A DNA stretch of 63,657 nucleotides from Lama glama (lineage: Eukaryota), in contig CM052825.1 in assembly GCA_028534125.1 (NCBI GenBank), positions 27,652,344 to 27,716,000 on the forward strand, read 5' to 3'. This document shows, piece by piece, positions 1-13,561 of the stretch. The position numbers and the translations under genes are program-made. The notes under the pieces are model-generated. The model did no database searches and was not told the origin of the DNA. It saw only the letters and a list, made by a program, of their open reading frames with translations. Position 1 is the stretch's first letter. Each line of letters starts with the position of its first letter.

Positions 1-329
1 AATCTTCATATAGACTCCAGTATCCAAGGGTAGGTAAAGAAGTAGTTTGGTGCCTATTCAACCAGGCTTTTAATTAATTTATGTATTTATTTTGTAGGCA
101 GGTTTGTCAGTTGTATACCCCAAAGCCATCCTGGCCTCTTCCTTTCTTTCTCTTCCTTCCATAACCACCTTGAAAACCTCAAGATCACAGCTCCCTTCCT
201 ACTGGGGATGCGGATCCTTATCAGTTCTGGCTGATAAGGCATATCATCAAGAAGTCCATGGAAAGTCTAGGCAGATTTTCCCCCAGTTTAAAAGGAGAAA
301 TCGCATAAGAAGCTCATCTTTTGCTGTAC

Positions 330-590
330 TGACTACCACCTGCTTCTTGCCTTTGGATGTGGTGTTGATGGTTGGAGCCGCCATGGTCATCTGGGTGCCA
401 GGAAGGGAGTCCTCAGGATGGAAGTCTGTTGGACTGAAGATGGTGGAACAGAAAGGTGGGAAGAGCCTCAGAGAGTTGCTGAGAAACAGGGCTGCCAATT
501 TTCTGGAACCTCTGTTGGTGACATAATTAATATCCTCGTAGGTGTGCTCACTGTTGGTCGGGTTTAGTTCTCTGCAGCTTGTAGCTAAAG
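330..590 (+). mobile_element. Old MaLR LTR fragment (MLT1H/J-like)
   Basis: Contains MLT1-type segments 'gatgtggtgttgatggttggagccgcc', 'gatggtggaacagaaaggtgggaagagcct' and a 3' 'ctcactgttggtcgggtttagttctctgcagc'. This explains the two overlapping ORFs here. Confidence 0.65.
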
Positions 591-1255
591 ACATGGTGAC
601 AGATAGTCTATGCATACACAAGCACACACATATCCACACACTCGTGTGTTTTCCTTGTGCGGTGTACGTGTCCACAGATATGGAGTGTCTCTTAGTGGCA
701 CCAGTTTGCACATAGCTTTTAACTGGTTTTTAAATTCACATAGATGCTAAGACATCTTTTTGTGCCCAGAGGGGAAGTTTTAACTTACTATTTTGAATGA
801 CTGCACATTACTTTATATTAAGTCTGGACATGGCTTATCCAGCCATTCTCTGATAAATAAACATTTAGGTTGACTTTACTGGCTATTACAAATAATGATG
901 CAATAACATCATACAACCAATATTCTTGCTGTCTCCTAGTGATCAATCCTTCGGGAATAAAGGGAAGGTCAGACAGGTGCATACAAAGATGATTATCCCA
1001 CGATTAAGCATAATGGCAAAAAATGAGAAACACTTTAAATGTCAATATGAGAGGACTTGTTAAATAAATATGATGTATCCGTATGATCAAACAGTATGTG
1101 GCCATTCAAAATGATGGTTCTTAAGACTTAGTTAGTGTCAAAACAAGAATTTCCTAATAAAAGGCAGAAAGCAAGCCAAACCGTAAAACCATAAGGTATA
1201 ATCATACTGATTATAAATATATTTACAGCATGGAGGGCAAAAACCTACCTCAAAA

Positions 1256-2021
1256 TGTTGTCGAACCCAAGTTCACATGCCTGACGCACAGGGAAGCCAA
1301 ACACACTGAAACATGGGAGTTGGGAGCAGGGAAAGGTTTATTGCAGGGCTGAGCAAGGAGAATGGATGGCTTGTGCTCAAAAGACCCAAACTCCCTGATG
1401 GGTTTCCAGGAAGAGTATTTATAGGCAAAATCAGGCAGGGAGTGGGGGCCGGTGTCTACAGAGTATGTGGCCTTCCTCTGATTGGTGGGGAGGTGACAGA
1501 GTGGTGGTCCAGGAATCTCAATCACCAGCCTTCTGGTTCCAACCAGGCTGGGGAATACATGCTTGTGCTCAGCCTGAAGTCACCCCCCTCCACCTGGGTG
1601 GGCCCTAGTCCCTGGGGAAGAACTCAGAGATCTGTGTCAGATTGCTAGGTCCAGGCCTTATTGAATTTTTTTTTCCTTCCAGTTTTATTGAGGTAAAATC
1701 GACACACAGTTTTTGTGTGGGAGGGGGGCGGTAGTTAGGTTTTGTTTATTTATTTAAATGGTGGGACTGGGGTTTGAACCAAGCACCTCGCTAGGCAAGC
1801 ACGCTACCCCTGAGCTATACCCTCCTGCCATCCTATTGCTTCTTGACTGTCCTTTGTTTCTGCATTCCCTCACTATCGTTAGTAATTGTTGGAATCTGCC
1901 CTTTGGAGCGCAGGGAAGAACTGAGAGGCTGAAACCTTCGTCCTACCAACAAGAAAGGGGAGGGGGGCTCAGAAAGGCTTTGGTACTTGGGAGGGCCCCA
2001 CAGGGGTCCTGCTCGGCTTCT
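1256..2021 (-). mobile_element. ERV1-class solo LTR interrupted by a SINE and an L1 tail
   Basis: Starts 'tgttgtcgaacccaagttc...ggtttattgcagggc' (AATAAA on the minus strand) and ends 'ggggtcctgctcggcttc'. Interrupted at ~1660-1825. Confidence 0.7.
1709..1825 (-). mobile_element. tRNA-derived SINE (camelid Vic-1-like)
   Basis: Minus strand reads ggagggtatagctcaggggtagcgtgcttgcctagc...ggttcaaaccccagt...aaataaataaac: A box, B box and AT-rich tail. Confidence 0.85.
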
Positions 2022-2672
2022 CCCTGCGAGATGAATATTCTCAAATGTTTTTCTCTATACCAGTCTGTATGTTCCAAATAATCGGACGTGGATGTTTGGC
2101 ATTATCCGTGGACTTGTATTGAATGATTTTACTCTTTCAATCCAATGTTCACATCGAAGCATGTTCCACAGCATCGTCCAGAACATGAATAGCGTTGACT
2201 GTGCTCTCCTCGCTGCTCCCCAGCAGTTTACATGAAGCAGATCTGCTGTTGTTGAATCCACTTTAAATCTGCAGCCAGCCAGGGGCCCTCTAATGGTTGT
2301 GAGTGTTCGTGCAGTTGTCACCTAGAGCGTAGAAGGGGCATCTTCTTCCAGAGACAGAGTTTGAGCTAAGCAAGATCCTCCCCAAATGTTTCCCAATCCT
2401 AGGTTTTTCCTTGCTTGTGAGTTGAAGGACCCCAGGGACACACAGCATTCATCTCAGAATCCCCTGCGTCCCTCCGGATAATGAGGGGCCTTTGCTCACA
2501 AGCGCACAGCTACCGAGCCGCACACCTGAGAGGCTCAGACACTGAGGAGGCAGCAGGAGGGCCCAGTGGTTAGGAACTGCCATTGTCCAGCCAGCTCGGG
2601 GACTCCTGCCACCTACTTCCTGCACAGACTCAGCTTTTTCCTTTGTAAACAGTGCTCATCATAGCACCCTGT

Positions 2673-3046
2673 TGTCTGAGTCCACTCAGGCTGCTGTGAC
2701 AAAAATACTGTAGATTAAGTGGCTTATAAACAGCAATTTATTCCTCATGGTTCTGGAGGCCGGAATTCCAAGATCAAAGCACAGGCAGATTTGGTGTCTG
2801 GCAGGGTGGGGGTGGGGTGGCATTTCTGGTTCACGGACAGCCGTCTTCTCACTGTGTCCTCACAGGGTGGAAGCAGCAAGGGAGCTCTCTAGGGTCTCTT
2901 TCATAAGGGCCCGAATCCCACTTGTGAGGGTTCCACTCTCACGACCTAATCACCTCCCAAAGGCCACCTCCGATGACCATCACATGGTGGGTTAAGATTT
3001 CAACATATACGTTTGGGCAGGCAACATAACCCTTCAGCCTGTATCA
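2673..3046 (-). mobile_element. MLT1A/B-like MaLR LTR
   Basis: 'ggctgctgtgacaaaaatac...ggcttataaacagc...ttctggaggc...tctctagggtctctttcataaggg...gacctaatcacctcccaaaggcc...tttcaacata' is typical of reverse-strand MLT1A. Confidence 0.85.
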
Positions 3047-3077
3047 TCCCTTCACAGGTCCCTAACACCATTCAGTG

Positions 3078-3320
3078 TCAGTGTGGCAGGGTGGTTAAGA
3101 GCTGGGACGGTTGAGTACAGGTTCAAATCCCGTTGCTCCCCGCCTAGCGAGGTCATCCGGAGCGGGCGCTTTACCTTAATACAGCTCTCATGCCTGCATT
3201 TTTCAAATGCAGGTAATGAGCCCCTAGCTGGTGTCGCTGCACGCATTCAGTGCATTAACACATATGAGGCAGCGAGACCAGTACTGAGCGTATAGTAAAT
3301 GCTCAGTTAGTGTCGTTACG
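3078..3320 (+). mobile_element. MIR SINE
   Basis: 'gtggttaagagc...ggttcaaatccc...tagtaaatgctcagtt' MIR core. Confidence 0.65.
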
Positions 3321-5409
3321 TGTCCATCAACAACACTGAACAGGAGAATGCAAGCCCAGTGTTGGATACAACTCAAGGCACGAAGTAGTATGTGATGATA
3401 TCATCATCTTCCAAAGCCCACGTCACCACAGAGAGAACCTGGGTGTCACGGCTGGGGCATTGGAATAGTCAGGGAAGGAACCTGGGGGGCCCTTCATTGG
3501 CTCTCTGGTTTCTTTTTTCTCATCTCGCTCATAGGACCCATGACCCAACTCGATGGGACACAGACTCCGGTTAATTTTTTTTTTTTTGATTCTTCTCCAA
3601 GACATGGTTTCCTTAAAATTAATCATGGTGCTGATGCACAGGACATCCAGCAGACAGAATTCCCAGAGTCTTTGTTCCCCTTCCTTCCCTCCCTGCCCCC
3701 CCCCAGCATCTCGCTCCAGCTGAGCCCCTGTCAGGAGGCTGCTCTGCTAAGCAGCCCGTCACATGTTCCATTACAATCATGTTTTATTATAGCTTTCAAA
3801 AGATGACCTCTCATTTCGCACACTCGTGTTTATAGAGGACTTCTGGCATTCTGAAAGGAAACAGATAGCGGAGTCGCCAAACCCTTTATTTGCTTCGGCT
3901 GATAACTGCTCTGGCCAGGGACGAGCGCGGCGGTGATTACAAGATGTAATTTACTACAAAAGACAGTTAATATTACTTACAAACCTGTCATCAGTTCTGG
4001 GGAAATCAGAGCCGAAACAAGGAATAGGACAAATCTGAATCCACCTAAATATCTCGGCCTGATGGAATTACAAGTTTATAGATTTACCATTTAAGAAACA
4101 GCCCCTTATGAAACATCCGTCCTCGCAGACAGACAATATAAGTAACGAGCAAGATTATATCCTTTTATGTGGATCAAGGACACAGACAGTGTAAGAAAGA
4201 AAGGGGGGAAAAACACCCCTTTGGGGGAACTTAAACGCTGCCCTTGTGAATTACACCTGGGGCTATTAACTGGGGAATTAGATCTATGAAAAAGCTTCTA
4301 ATATGACTAAACAAAGTCCCTCCGGTAATGCTCTGAATCAGAAAAACGTGTGAAAATATAGCCTCTTAAATGTGATTATAGTCAGAGCTGTAGTTACTCC
4401 TTGAGAAAGGGCATTGAAAACAGAGGAATGAAAGGTGGAAAAAATGTTTTAAAACTTTTGTGTCAGACCAGAAATTATAGAGTAGCAACAGCTTAGGGAT
4501 TTAAATAACCCCTTTTGCCCAATTCTGAAGCCTTTGTGCTTTAAATTGAAGAAAAGAAAGGAATTAGAGATCCAATTTAGGACTTTTTTTTTTTTTTTTT
4601 AAAGATCATGAAATGGAAGAGTCGTTTTGGCTGAGTGACTGATTGGGCCAGTGTGATTCCAGCTTGGGATATCGTTTGAAAGATACCGCTTGAGCATTTA
4701 AGTTTCTTCTGGGGTGCCCTCCCTGATGGGCTTTTGTGAGAGTTTCCTCTACCATTGGTTTTTATGTAATGGAGATTAAGTTGAAAGTCTTGTGCTTTTG
4801 TTGGTATCTTGGTCTGGGCAGAGCAGAGGAGAGCCATGAATCAGTCTTTGCCAGTTCTCTTGCCTCCTGTAGGGATCCTAAGAGAATTCCAGATGCAAAG
4901 AGCAGGACTAGGATAGAACTCTTAGGAACATTCCATTAATAGCTTTGCAAGCACTCCATACCCGAAGTCAGCTCTGGTACAGAGCTTCAAGGGGATGTTT
5001 TAAATTCTTCCCTTCTGTCCCCCCCATCTGAGCCTTTGGACCAGGTTGCTCGGGCACAGTCACAGGTCTACACAGAGCAGGGATGGCATCAGGTCTATAG
5101 AGTTGGCTCCATCTTAACTAACTCTCCCGGATGTGTTCGTTGAGGACAAGAGAAAGAAAGTAGAAAAGATATGGTTGGGTTTAACTCAAAAAGAGCATGT
5201 TGGAGAGGGTGGAACCCAGGATCCTGCCTTGCAAAGTACAGTGACCTTGCCAGCGCGTGAGGGTCAAATCAACTTAGAGTGTTCAGATAAACGGCTATTC
5301 TCTCGGAAGACGAGGGACAGGGATCACGGAGTGACCCGGGGAGCAGCTGTACTTGGCACAAGGAGAGGAATAGATTTCATTACCCTCCACGATTTAGTTC
5401 CTAAGTTCT

Positions 5410-5685
5410 TTGTTGCCCATTTGTATCTATTCTTGGGAGAAATAGCTACTCAAGTCCTTTGCCTTTATTTTAATTGGGTTTGGTGGTGGTGATTGAGTTC
5501 TAGGGGCTCCCTATATATTCTGCATATCAATCCTGAATCAGATAAGCGATTTGTGAATATTTTCTCCCGTTCTGTGGATTGCCTCTTTGCTCTGTCCCTC
5601 ATGTCCTCTGAGTCAGGAAAGTTGTCAATTTTGATCAAGTCCAGTGTGTCTGTTTGTTTCTTTTTCCTGCCTGTGCTTTTAGTCC
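5410..5685 (-). mobile_element. L1 (L1M-type) ORF2 3' region fragment
   Basis: 'ccatttgtatctattcttgggagaaat...tatatattctgcatatcaatcc...atattttctcccgttctgtggattgcctctt...aattttgatcaagtcca' is a typical antisense L1 segment. Confidence 0.8.
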
Positions 5686-6454
5686 TAAGTGGTTTAGAAG
5701 AGCAGCAGGAAACTGTTATTTGCCTGAATCTGGGGTGCTCTCTCTAGAACAAGAAGGGAAGTTCAGCTAAATCTCATGATTCGGTGGTTAGACCTCCGGT
5801 GAGCAGGGGTAGAGGGTCAGTGTGTGTGCTGAAACCCAACTGTTGACCCCCAGGATGCTGTGGTGTTCTTGTAGAAAGTCTACCTGCCACATCCTTATTC
5901 TAGGATGGAGACTAGAGAATGATGTTATCTCAGTGTGTCCCAAAGGCTGGCATGGAGAGGGGAGGGGAGTGTGTGTACAAAGAGCAAGGAGTGGAGGCAG
6001 AATCAGGTTGTTCCAGGACAGGAGCTTTTAAAGGCTCACAAGAACCAACAGGGGCTCCCAGTGTTTCAAGGACAAGACTGCGAATTCACATGACCAAAGG
6101 CAGCTGGGCAAAGCATCATATTTGGTGAGAGAAATCCCAAGGCTATGAGATGAAAAGGAGATCAAAGTTAAGAAGCTTTTTAAACTCCACTGAAGAGCCC
6201 AGAGATGTCATAAGTCACAAAGTTTGGGATCAAAACTTTCTGGAAGGGACACATGGCAAATGAAGTTAAAGGCACATCTGTCTGTCTATAAAATGCCCAG
6301 AAATGGACAAGAGACAAGAAACGCAGCCCATTACACAGATGTTAGCCCTAAAATTAGGGCCATCTCGATGTCCAGCAATCACAGTCCAGATGTCCTTACT
6401 GACGGGAAAGAGGTGGGTAGAATGACATCCTGGCCCTCGACTCTGCCTTGAGGC

Positions 6455-6640
6455 CAGTGGTTCTTAACCCTGCTTGCAGATTACAATCATTACAATCCCC
6501 CAGGGGGCTGTAACCAGTCCTAATGTCCAGAATCCACCCCGAGAGACTCTGAATCATCTGGTCTGGAGTCGGGCTGAATGAAACCCTGGCATTTTTTAAA
6601 AGCTCTCCAGATGATTCCAGCGTGCACGAATGTTGAGAAA
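6455..6640. mobile_element. MER5A-like hAT-Charlie DNA transposon
   Basis: 'cagtggttcttaacc...cagagagactctgaatc...ggtctgg...gcattttttaaaagctctccagatgattc...ttgagaa'. Confidence 0.8.
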
Positions 6641-6690
6641 GTCTCACTGTCAGAGCAAGGATCTTAAATCAATACAGTCATTGCACAGGT

Positions 6691-6722
6691 TGTGTGTGTG
6701 TGTGTGCGCGCGTGCGCACACA
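6691..6722. repeat. (TG)n/(CG)n alternating purine-pyrimidine microsatellite
   Basis: tgtgtgtgtgtgtgtgcgcgcgtgcgcacaca. Confidence 0.9.
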
Positions 6723-9116
6723 TGAAGCAGGGGCTTTCAGACTGGAGTTTTTTACATCGATTCCTTTAAAAATTTAAATTAAAAATGGAGGTGTTTCATA
6801 TAAGAATCCAATTTCCAGGCTCTCTTGAAAAAAATCAGAAGTTCTGGCAACTTGGGGCTACATTCCCATGCAGCCACTTGACCCTTTAAACCGCCGTGTT
6901 CTGCCATTAGCTTGGCCCGGGACATTAGGGTGTGTGATTTTTATCCCGAAGGAATGCTGTGATTCAGATCTCCTCATGGCCACTCCTTAGATCTTCTCCC
7001 ACGGAAACAATCATTCAACTCAGACCGCAGTAGCAATGGTTATTTCCCATTTGCAGCCCTTTAGTTTATCTTTTGCCACTAGGATGGAGGCTAAAGTATG
7101 AGGCTAAGCAAATGCTTCATGAGCTGAATGAGATGGTGAGGCTTCTTTTTTCTCTCGTGTGTGCTGATGATGAGAAAGAAGGGCCCTGGCCTGAGTCAGG
7201 ATTTCCAGTATCTGGCTCTGGTTTTACTGCTCATTAGTCACAGGAATTTGGGCACGAGTCCTAACCACTCGGAGCCTCAGTGATTTTATTTGCATATTAT
7301 GAGGGTGGACTGCTGTTGTCTTTTTGTTCTAAAATTTGACAATGTTCTAAGCGTGAAATGTTAGCAACAGAAACCCGCAGAAGGGATAAAGCAGCGAGTG
7401 GAAGCAAGGAGAAATGCATTTCCAGCTCATTGTGAGTGTGGATGTGGTTCACAGATGAACATATGAGCTGTCCATGCATCAGCGAGTCCCTGACCACCTT
7501 GGAGAGAAGCCAGTGGAACCGAAACGAGAGAAGGCTCCCCCAGGAGGCCTGGCCTGGCCTCCCAGCTTCACACACACTCCCCGCCCCTGCACGTAGCCTT
7601 TCTGCAAGAACATCACGGCATCCTGGGGGTCAACAGTTGGGCTTCAGCCCACACTGACCCTCTCCCCTGCTCCCCGGAGGTCTAACCACCGAATCATGAG
7701 ATTTAGCTGAACTTCCCTTCTTGTTCTAGAGAGAGCACTCCAGATTCAGCAGAAAGCCTTATGGAAAAAAAAAAAATAAAAAGTATGGACAGGAAACTAC
7801 CTAAGGACAAGATGATCTTTAAAATGGCTTTTATTTCTAAAAACCCTATGAGTCTTATTGGTTTTGTCACTTGTGATGACAGCGTTACGGTCATATAAGA
7901 AAGGACCTTTAATTTTTCGTGGTACAAACCAATTAGGAAGTAGAAGGGAAATGATAACGAACTCTGGAGTTGCTTAAAACACCTTAAGTATTTTATTATA
8001 TACACACACATAAAAAATTCTAAGATCTCTAAGGTTTGCGGAGGCTATGTGATTCCAAGATTCTGTGATTCTTTCTTGCCGTTTAATCTGTGCTTAAAAA
8101 GGATGGTACTGCCAAAGAAATAAGCAGGTGACTTTTTGAAAAAATGCATGTATAGTTTCATCATACTGTCAACCCATACAATTAGGAAGACAAAAAAAAA
8201 TAGAGAAAAATAGCACCCACAATTTCACTTTCCTAACATAACTAATGTGACCTCTGACAGTTAGCCCTCTGCCATTGCTCCCATTGCTGTGCATACGGTT
8301 TGGGTTTCTGCTTTATTTACTGATGGTTATTATCCAGCACAGACCGTGGACTGGGTCTTGCCTTGTGGCGCTCTCAGCCTCCTAGCTGCTTTGAATTTAC
8401 AATCATCAGTAAGCCCCGAAGAGAGAAACCAGAAATGACAGCATCTTGCCCAAATGCAGTCATCCGATGGATTTGTCATCGGAGTGATTCTCTTGTTCTT
8501 GCTTGTGCATCTTAAAACGCTAAGTATATTTCTAGTAACACAGACATACAAGTGTTGGGGAGAAAGATAGGCAGGGACTCAGAGAGGTAACCAGAGCCCG
8601 AGATGTGGATCCTGTGAAGTGTGGCTTCTAATATATTCCTTGCATACCAGTGCATGAGAAAGCCCTCTCCTCCCAGAATTCACACATCCAGGCAAACTGT
8701 TCTCTCACCAATGCTAGGGTACCACATCGCAAAGCTAGGCTGTCCATTTTTATTTCTATCTCCGGTCACTGCATTCCAGACTTACTGGATCATAATCCCT
8801 AAGGGTGGACCTCAGGACTCTGGATTTTTAACAGGCTCCCAGAGAATTTGTAGGTGGCCTGTCCAGCACCCATCTGACTAAGGGAGCCTTGGGCACCTAT
8901 CCAAAGGATGTTGGAACCGACTTTGAATCTTCCAGAAGCAATTCTATTTAATTACAACAAAAATTAATAACCAACTGTGTTTGTTACAGTTAAAATGGAA
9001 GTCTTAGCTTTGATATCCAGATCCTGGAAAAAGTAAGCATTAGTATGTAGTAATTCATTTAATAAAAATATTTTTATAATCAGATAAGCATTTCCCAATC
9101 ATGGTAAACATTTAGG

Positions 9117-9240
9117 TCTCTCTCTCTCTCTCTCTCTCTCTCCATCCTTCCCTTCTCCCCTCCTCCTTCCTCTTTCTCTCTCTGTCTCCATCCTTCCCTC
9201 CAAACCCCTCCCTCCTTCCCTCTCCTTCTCTGTCTTTCTG
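9117..9240. repeat. (TC)n and pyrimidine-rich simple repeat
   Basis: Run of tctctc followed by a ccctccctcc tract. Confidence 0.9.
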
Positions 9241-9928
9241 TCACTTCATGTTTTGTCTGCCTATGTACATGTGTGTGCACACGTAAGTCACAGATGTTTA
9301 TTTCAGAATTTTGTGGGGTTTGCATGCAGTATATGGTTCCAAAATGCACTGGAAACAGCAAAGACCAAAAATAATACTGTTTCTTATAGGATGAGGGGAA
9401 CATACTTAAGAGGTCCTGTGTCCTCATTTAGCTTTCTCAGTTATCTCCATCCACAAGCATCCTTGCTTCTGGAATTGGCAACATGCTGAAAAAGAACCAA
9501 CGCACAGTTGAAACAAGCTGGACCGAAAACCCCCAGCTCTGCCCCTTACCGTGCAAGCCTGGGCGAGGGCTGCGTCTTTCCTAAGGGATATTGTCTTCTC
9601 AGTTGAACAATAATCTTCTCTGTACAGGATTTTGAGAGAAATTTAATAAGACAAGGTATAGAAATGGCCTGAAACAATAGATGTTCAAGAGATATTATTT
9701 CATCAATTGCTGCTCACTTTCTTAACTGATTTGTGTTAGAACCAATACTGCGTATCTAAATTAAGGGAGCTATTTCAAAGTAATGCAATGTAGTGTCTTT
9801 AAAAATGTATGTTTTGGAGCCAGAAAAAAATTTGGTTTAAATGCGAGCGCCGTTGCTACTGCTTTGTTTTGTTTGTTTGGGGGACATATTAGTTTTCTCA
9901 TCTGCAAAATAGGCACCATAATCCTCCC

Positions 9929-10415
9929 CTGTACTAGTTTGCAATTGCTGCTGTAACAAATGACCCCCAATATAGTGATACAGCTTGACAAAAATTCATC
10001 ATCTTATAATTCTGAAGAGCAGGAGTCTAAAATTCATCTCTCTGGGCTAACATCAGGACTGCTTTTCTTTCCGAAAGCTCTTGGGGAGAATCCATTTTCT
10101 TGTCTTTTCCAACTTCTGGAGGCTGCCTGCATTCCTTGGCTTGTGGCCCCCATTCCTCTTCACAGCCAGCAATGACCACAGAAGTTTTTCTCACATTGCC
10201 TCCCTGTGACACTGTTCTGCTCCCCTCTTCTCCATTCAGGGCCTCCTGGGAGTCCACATCTGGGCCGTCCTGATATCAAGGTCAGCTTACTAGTAACTCT
10301 AATTCCTTCTGCAACTTTAATTCCCCTTTGCCACGTAGCATAACATCCTTACGGGTTCTGGGGATTATGACGTGGACACCTTGGGGTGTGGGTATTATCC
10401 TACCTCCCCCAGCCA
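9929..10415 (-). mobile_element. MLT1C/D-like MaLR LTR inserted into a MIR
   Basis: 'gctgctgtaacaaatgacc...ttctggaggctgcctgcattccttggcttgtggccc...tcccctttgccacgtagcataaca...ggttctggggatta'. MIR pieces flank it at ~9800-9928 and ~10415-10500. Confidence 0.85.
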
Positions 10416-11739
10416 CCTCAATGAGTGGTTTTGGGATTGAATGAGGAGATGTAGGTGAAGTTCTTAGCATCGTAGCCAGCACCTAGTGTAGCAGGTCCTG
10501 AAGACGGAGATGCTGATGGTGAAGATGATTTAAAAAAAAAAAAAAGACATCTTCTTTTAAAAACAACTTTGCTTGTTACTTTAGCTGGATCATGTGGATA
10601 AACATACTCTGCCATGAATGTACCCAGTGCAGAGATTCACCCAGTCTCGTACAGTGGCCCGTCCCTATGTAGTCCATCCCTTTGTAACACCAGCAGTGGT
10701 GATTAGGGGGAAAATTGCCAGATAGGAGCCAAAGAAGAATGGAGACAGATGGGATTCGGTGTGAACTTCATGGGCGCCATGTCGGTTCTCAAAGCCTGGA
10801 GCTCCTTGGGCTGCAGAAGACAAATTATGATTCTGATGAGGGCGCATCAGGGTTTTACTTTCCACTATTCATTTTTTAAATGTTATTACGATTTTATTCA
10901 TCAAGACCTCACGTTTTCAGAGAGGCCAATGAGAAATAATTTCACTTAAAGATCAATTTTAACCAGTTGGGTTTTACATTGATGACACTAAAGTCGTACC
11001 TAATAAAGAAGAAAGTGTTGCACTATTATGGAAGAAGCTCATCTGGACCAGTGAAACATTGACATTATACTTTTTATAGATTCATTTGGACAGGTCTCAT
11101 GTATGGGAAGACATGCTAATAAATCAGAGCACCCAGAGGTCACCTCACTCACCATTTCCTCCCAATCACAATAATACCATCATAAATGTCTATGGTTTCT
11201 CAAGTCGCCTGCTTTGAGGAATAGGAAAAAAATTATTCTGGGCATACACACTGCTCGTAAATTACTGCCAAGAGATTCTTTTAGAAATAGGTTATTAAAT
11301 ATACCCATTTCATTCATAATATATCATAATACATGGTAGACCATAATATATGGTCCTCATTTGTACAGAATCTACTTACTCTTTAGCTAGAGCACAGACA
11401 TACTTAATGCCAAATTATAACAAAGTATACGTATGATAGAAATAAGATTTTACTAGTAATTCCTTAGAAGCAAAGAAAAAAAATGAGGGAGTCATAAGGG
11501 GCTGTGTTGGCTTTTATCTACCTGAAAATGATGCCCATCTTTGACTTCTTGCAGGTGTGTGTCCGAGCTCTTTGCCCACTCTTGAGGCTGGTACTCACAC
11601 ATCAGCTTCCCCCTTCAGGACCCAAGGTGCCTCAGTGAGCCTGGGTTTTCATAATCATGCTCCACTGTTCCAGAAAACTGCCCAGAGTCACTCAGAGCCT
11701 TCCTCTCTTCGCTCCCTTTTTTAAAGTTCAATTATTTAT

Positions 11740-11995
11740 GTATACCTGTGTGGATGCATATCTACTTATTTTGTATTTGAGGTTATAATCTCGGAGTATT
11801 TGTTGTTCAGATGGTCCAGCTTTGGCCACTGGGAGCCCTTTCACATGGCTTCCTGTATCCCTTTCTGCCCCCATCCCTTTGTGTTTTGAGAATTTTCTTA
11901 CTTTCTGCACTAAAACACGGTTCATGCTCATGGTCTTCTGTCCCTAGAAATCAGCCTTTTCTCCTGGGACAGGCCCAAATTTTCAAATGACCCCC
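11740..11995 (-). mobile_element. Old L1 (L1MC/ME-like) fragment
   Basis: 'gttcagatggtccagctttggccactgggagccctttca...ggctt cctgtatccc...ccctagaaatcagccttttctcc' motif series. Confidence 0.6.
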
Positions 11996-12805
11996 CCCCA
12001 CTTTCGTGCCTTTCTTTATTATCTTCATCAAAGGTTGCATTTGTTCACTGAACAAGTATTTACTGTGTAACAGTTGTATGCCGGACAGTGGATTTTTCTC
12101 CAGGTGCATGTTTTTGAACAGAACAGATACTGCTTCTGCTTTCAAAAGTATTAAATAAATACACACAGATGTGTGTGTTGTATGTGTGTGTATTAATCTC
12201 TAATGAAATCCACTGGCTTAACTAAGCTTCAGTCCTACACTGTCATACAGCAGAAACTACTTTTACAAGACCGTTGGAATGTCCATGGGGCTGGCGCAGT
12301 TAATTTCCTGGATGGTTAAAATATGAGTTTGTACCGGAGGAAGGTTTCCCTAAAACCAAAGGTTCAGATTACCAAAAACTCAGCTTGACAGACCAAGCCC
12401 CCATGCGGTTCCTGAGCAAAGAGATTGGAGGCAGGTGCTGGTCTCAGCATCCCTGTGTGTTTTGAAATTCACATGATAAATCCCACAATGCAGGAACTGT
12501 CAGGCCTGATGAATGGTTGGCACTCACGGTGCCTGTGCCTTGACCTATAGGCATGACGCTTGCCGCGTGGGTCCCCCACAAGGCAGCCGCCAGCATCCGC
12601 TTCCCAGAAGCTCCCCCGCCGCGTGTTTCTCCTCTGTGTCATATGTTTGGTTGTCATCTTTGTGAAAGGATTTTCAGTTTGGAAAGTAATTTGCTACCAG
12701 GATCAACTTCGGAAAGGTGGTGAGCAGTTTCCTTGGAAAGCCCACGGTGGGGACCAGTTCAGAGCACACAGAAAAGTCCAGGGAATAATGCATGGCACAA
12801 AAGAT

Positions 12806-13086
12806 GTGGTTGCCAAGGCGGGGGCGGGGGCGGTGGGAAGGGACAGACTGGGAGTTCAAAATTTCTAGATAGTGACAGGCGTATGTAGAATAGATAAACA
12901 AGATTATACTGTACAGCACAGGAAAGTATATTCAAGATCTTGTGGCAGCTCACAGTGAAAAAAACTGTGATAGTAAATATATGTAGGTTCATGTATAACT
13001 GAAAAATTGTGCTCTACACTGGAATTTGACCCAACATTGTAAAATGACTATAACTCAATTTAAAAAAAAAAAGTTTAAAAAAAAAG
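12806..13086 (+). mobile_element. Camelid-type L1 3' end with poly(A)
   Basis: 'gtggttgccaagg...gtgggaagggacagactgggagttcaaaattt...aaaattgtgctctacactggaatttgac...aaatgactataactcaat' followed by an A-rich tail. Confidence 0.85.
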
Positions 13087-13561
13087 AGCTGAGAAGCTTC
13101 TTTAGGAAGTGGAGTGGTAGTAGGTTAAACCACCGCCCCCTAAAAAGATATAAACAATTATATGATTTCCATGTAAGGACTGTTGATTCTGCAGTGACAA
13201 CTCTGTAACACAGTCCTAGTGGTTGCTAGATAAAATGTGACATGTTTATCCAATACTGCAGAATACTGGATTATTTTTTAGCGTAATGAGACAGAAATCT
13301 AATTGCACCATGTGACGGTAAGTAGGCCCACATACTCCAAAAATGTACATCAACCACTAACCAGAGTTTTTCTTGGGGAATTGGGTTTAGAAGTGTCTTT
13401 CACACCCTACCTTGTAAATGTGTTTATTGTTTGAGGATTTGATAAGGAACATGTAGTATTTGGGGGATTCATCAGAAACACAGAGTGTCCTATGTAATTT
13501 AATATTTTCCATAGAGTGTATCATTCAGAAACCATTCCTTCTAGATAGCAAAATAAGAGCT

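Noticed and set aside
104-711. Overlapping 140-aa and 154-aa ORFs; 'GKICLD' resembles the ubiquitin-conjugating E2 active-site motif
   Set aside because: The region is largely an MLT1-like LTR. The flanking E2 motifs (HPN before the Cys, W-S-P after it) are not in register, so the match is treated as chance.
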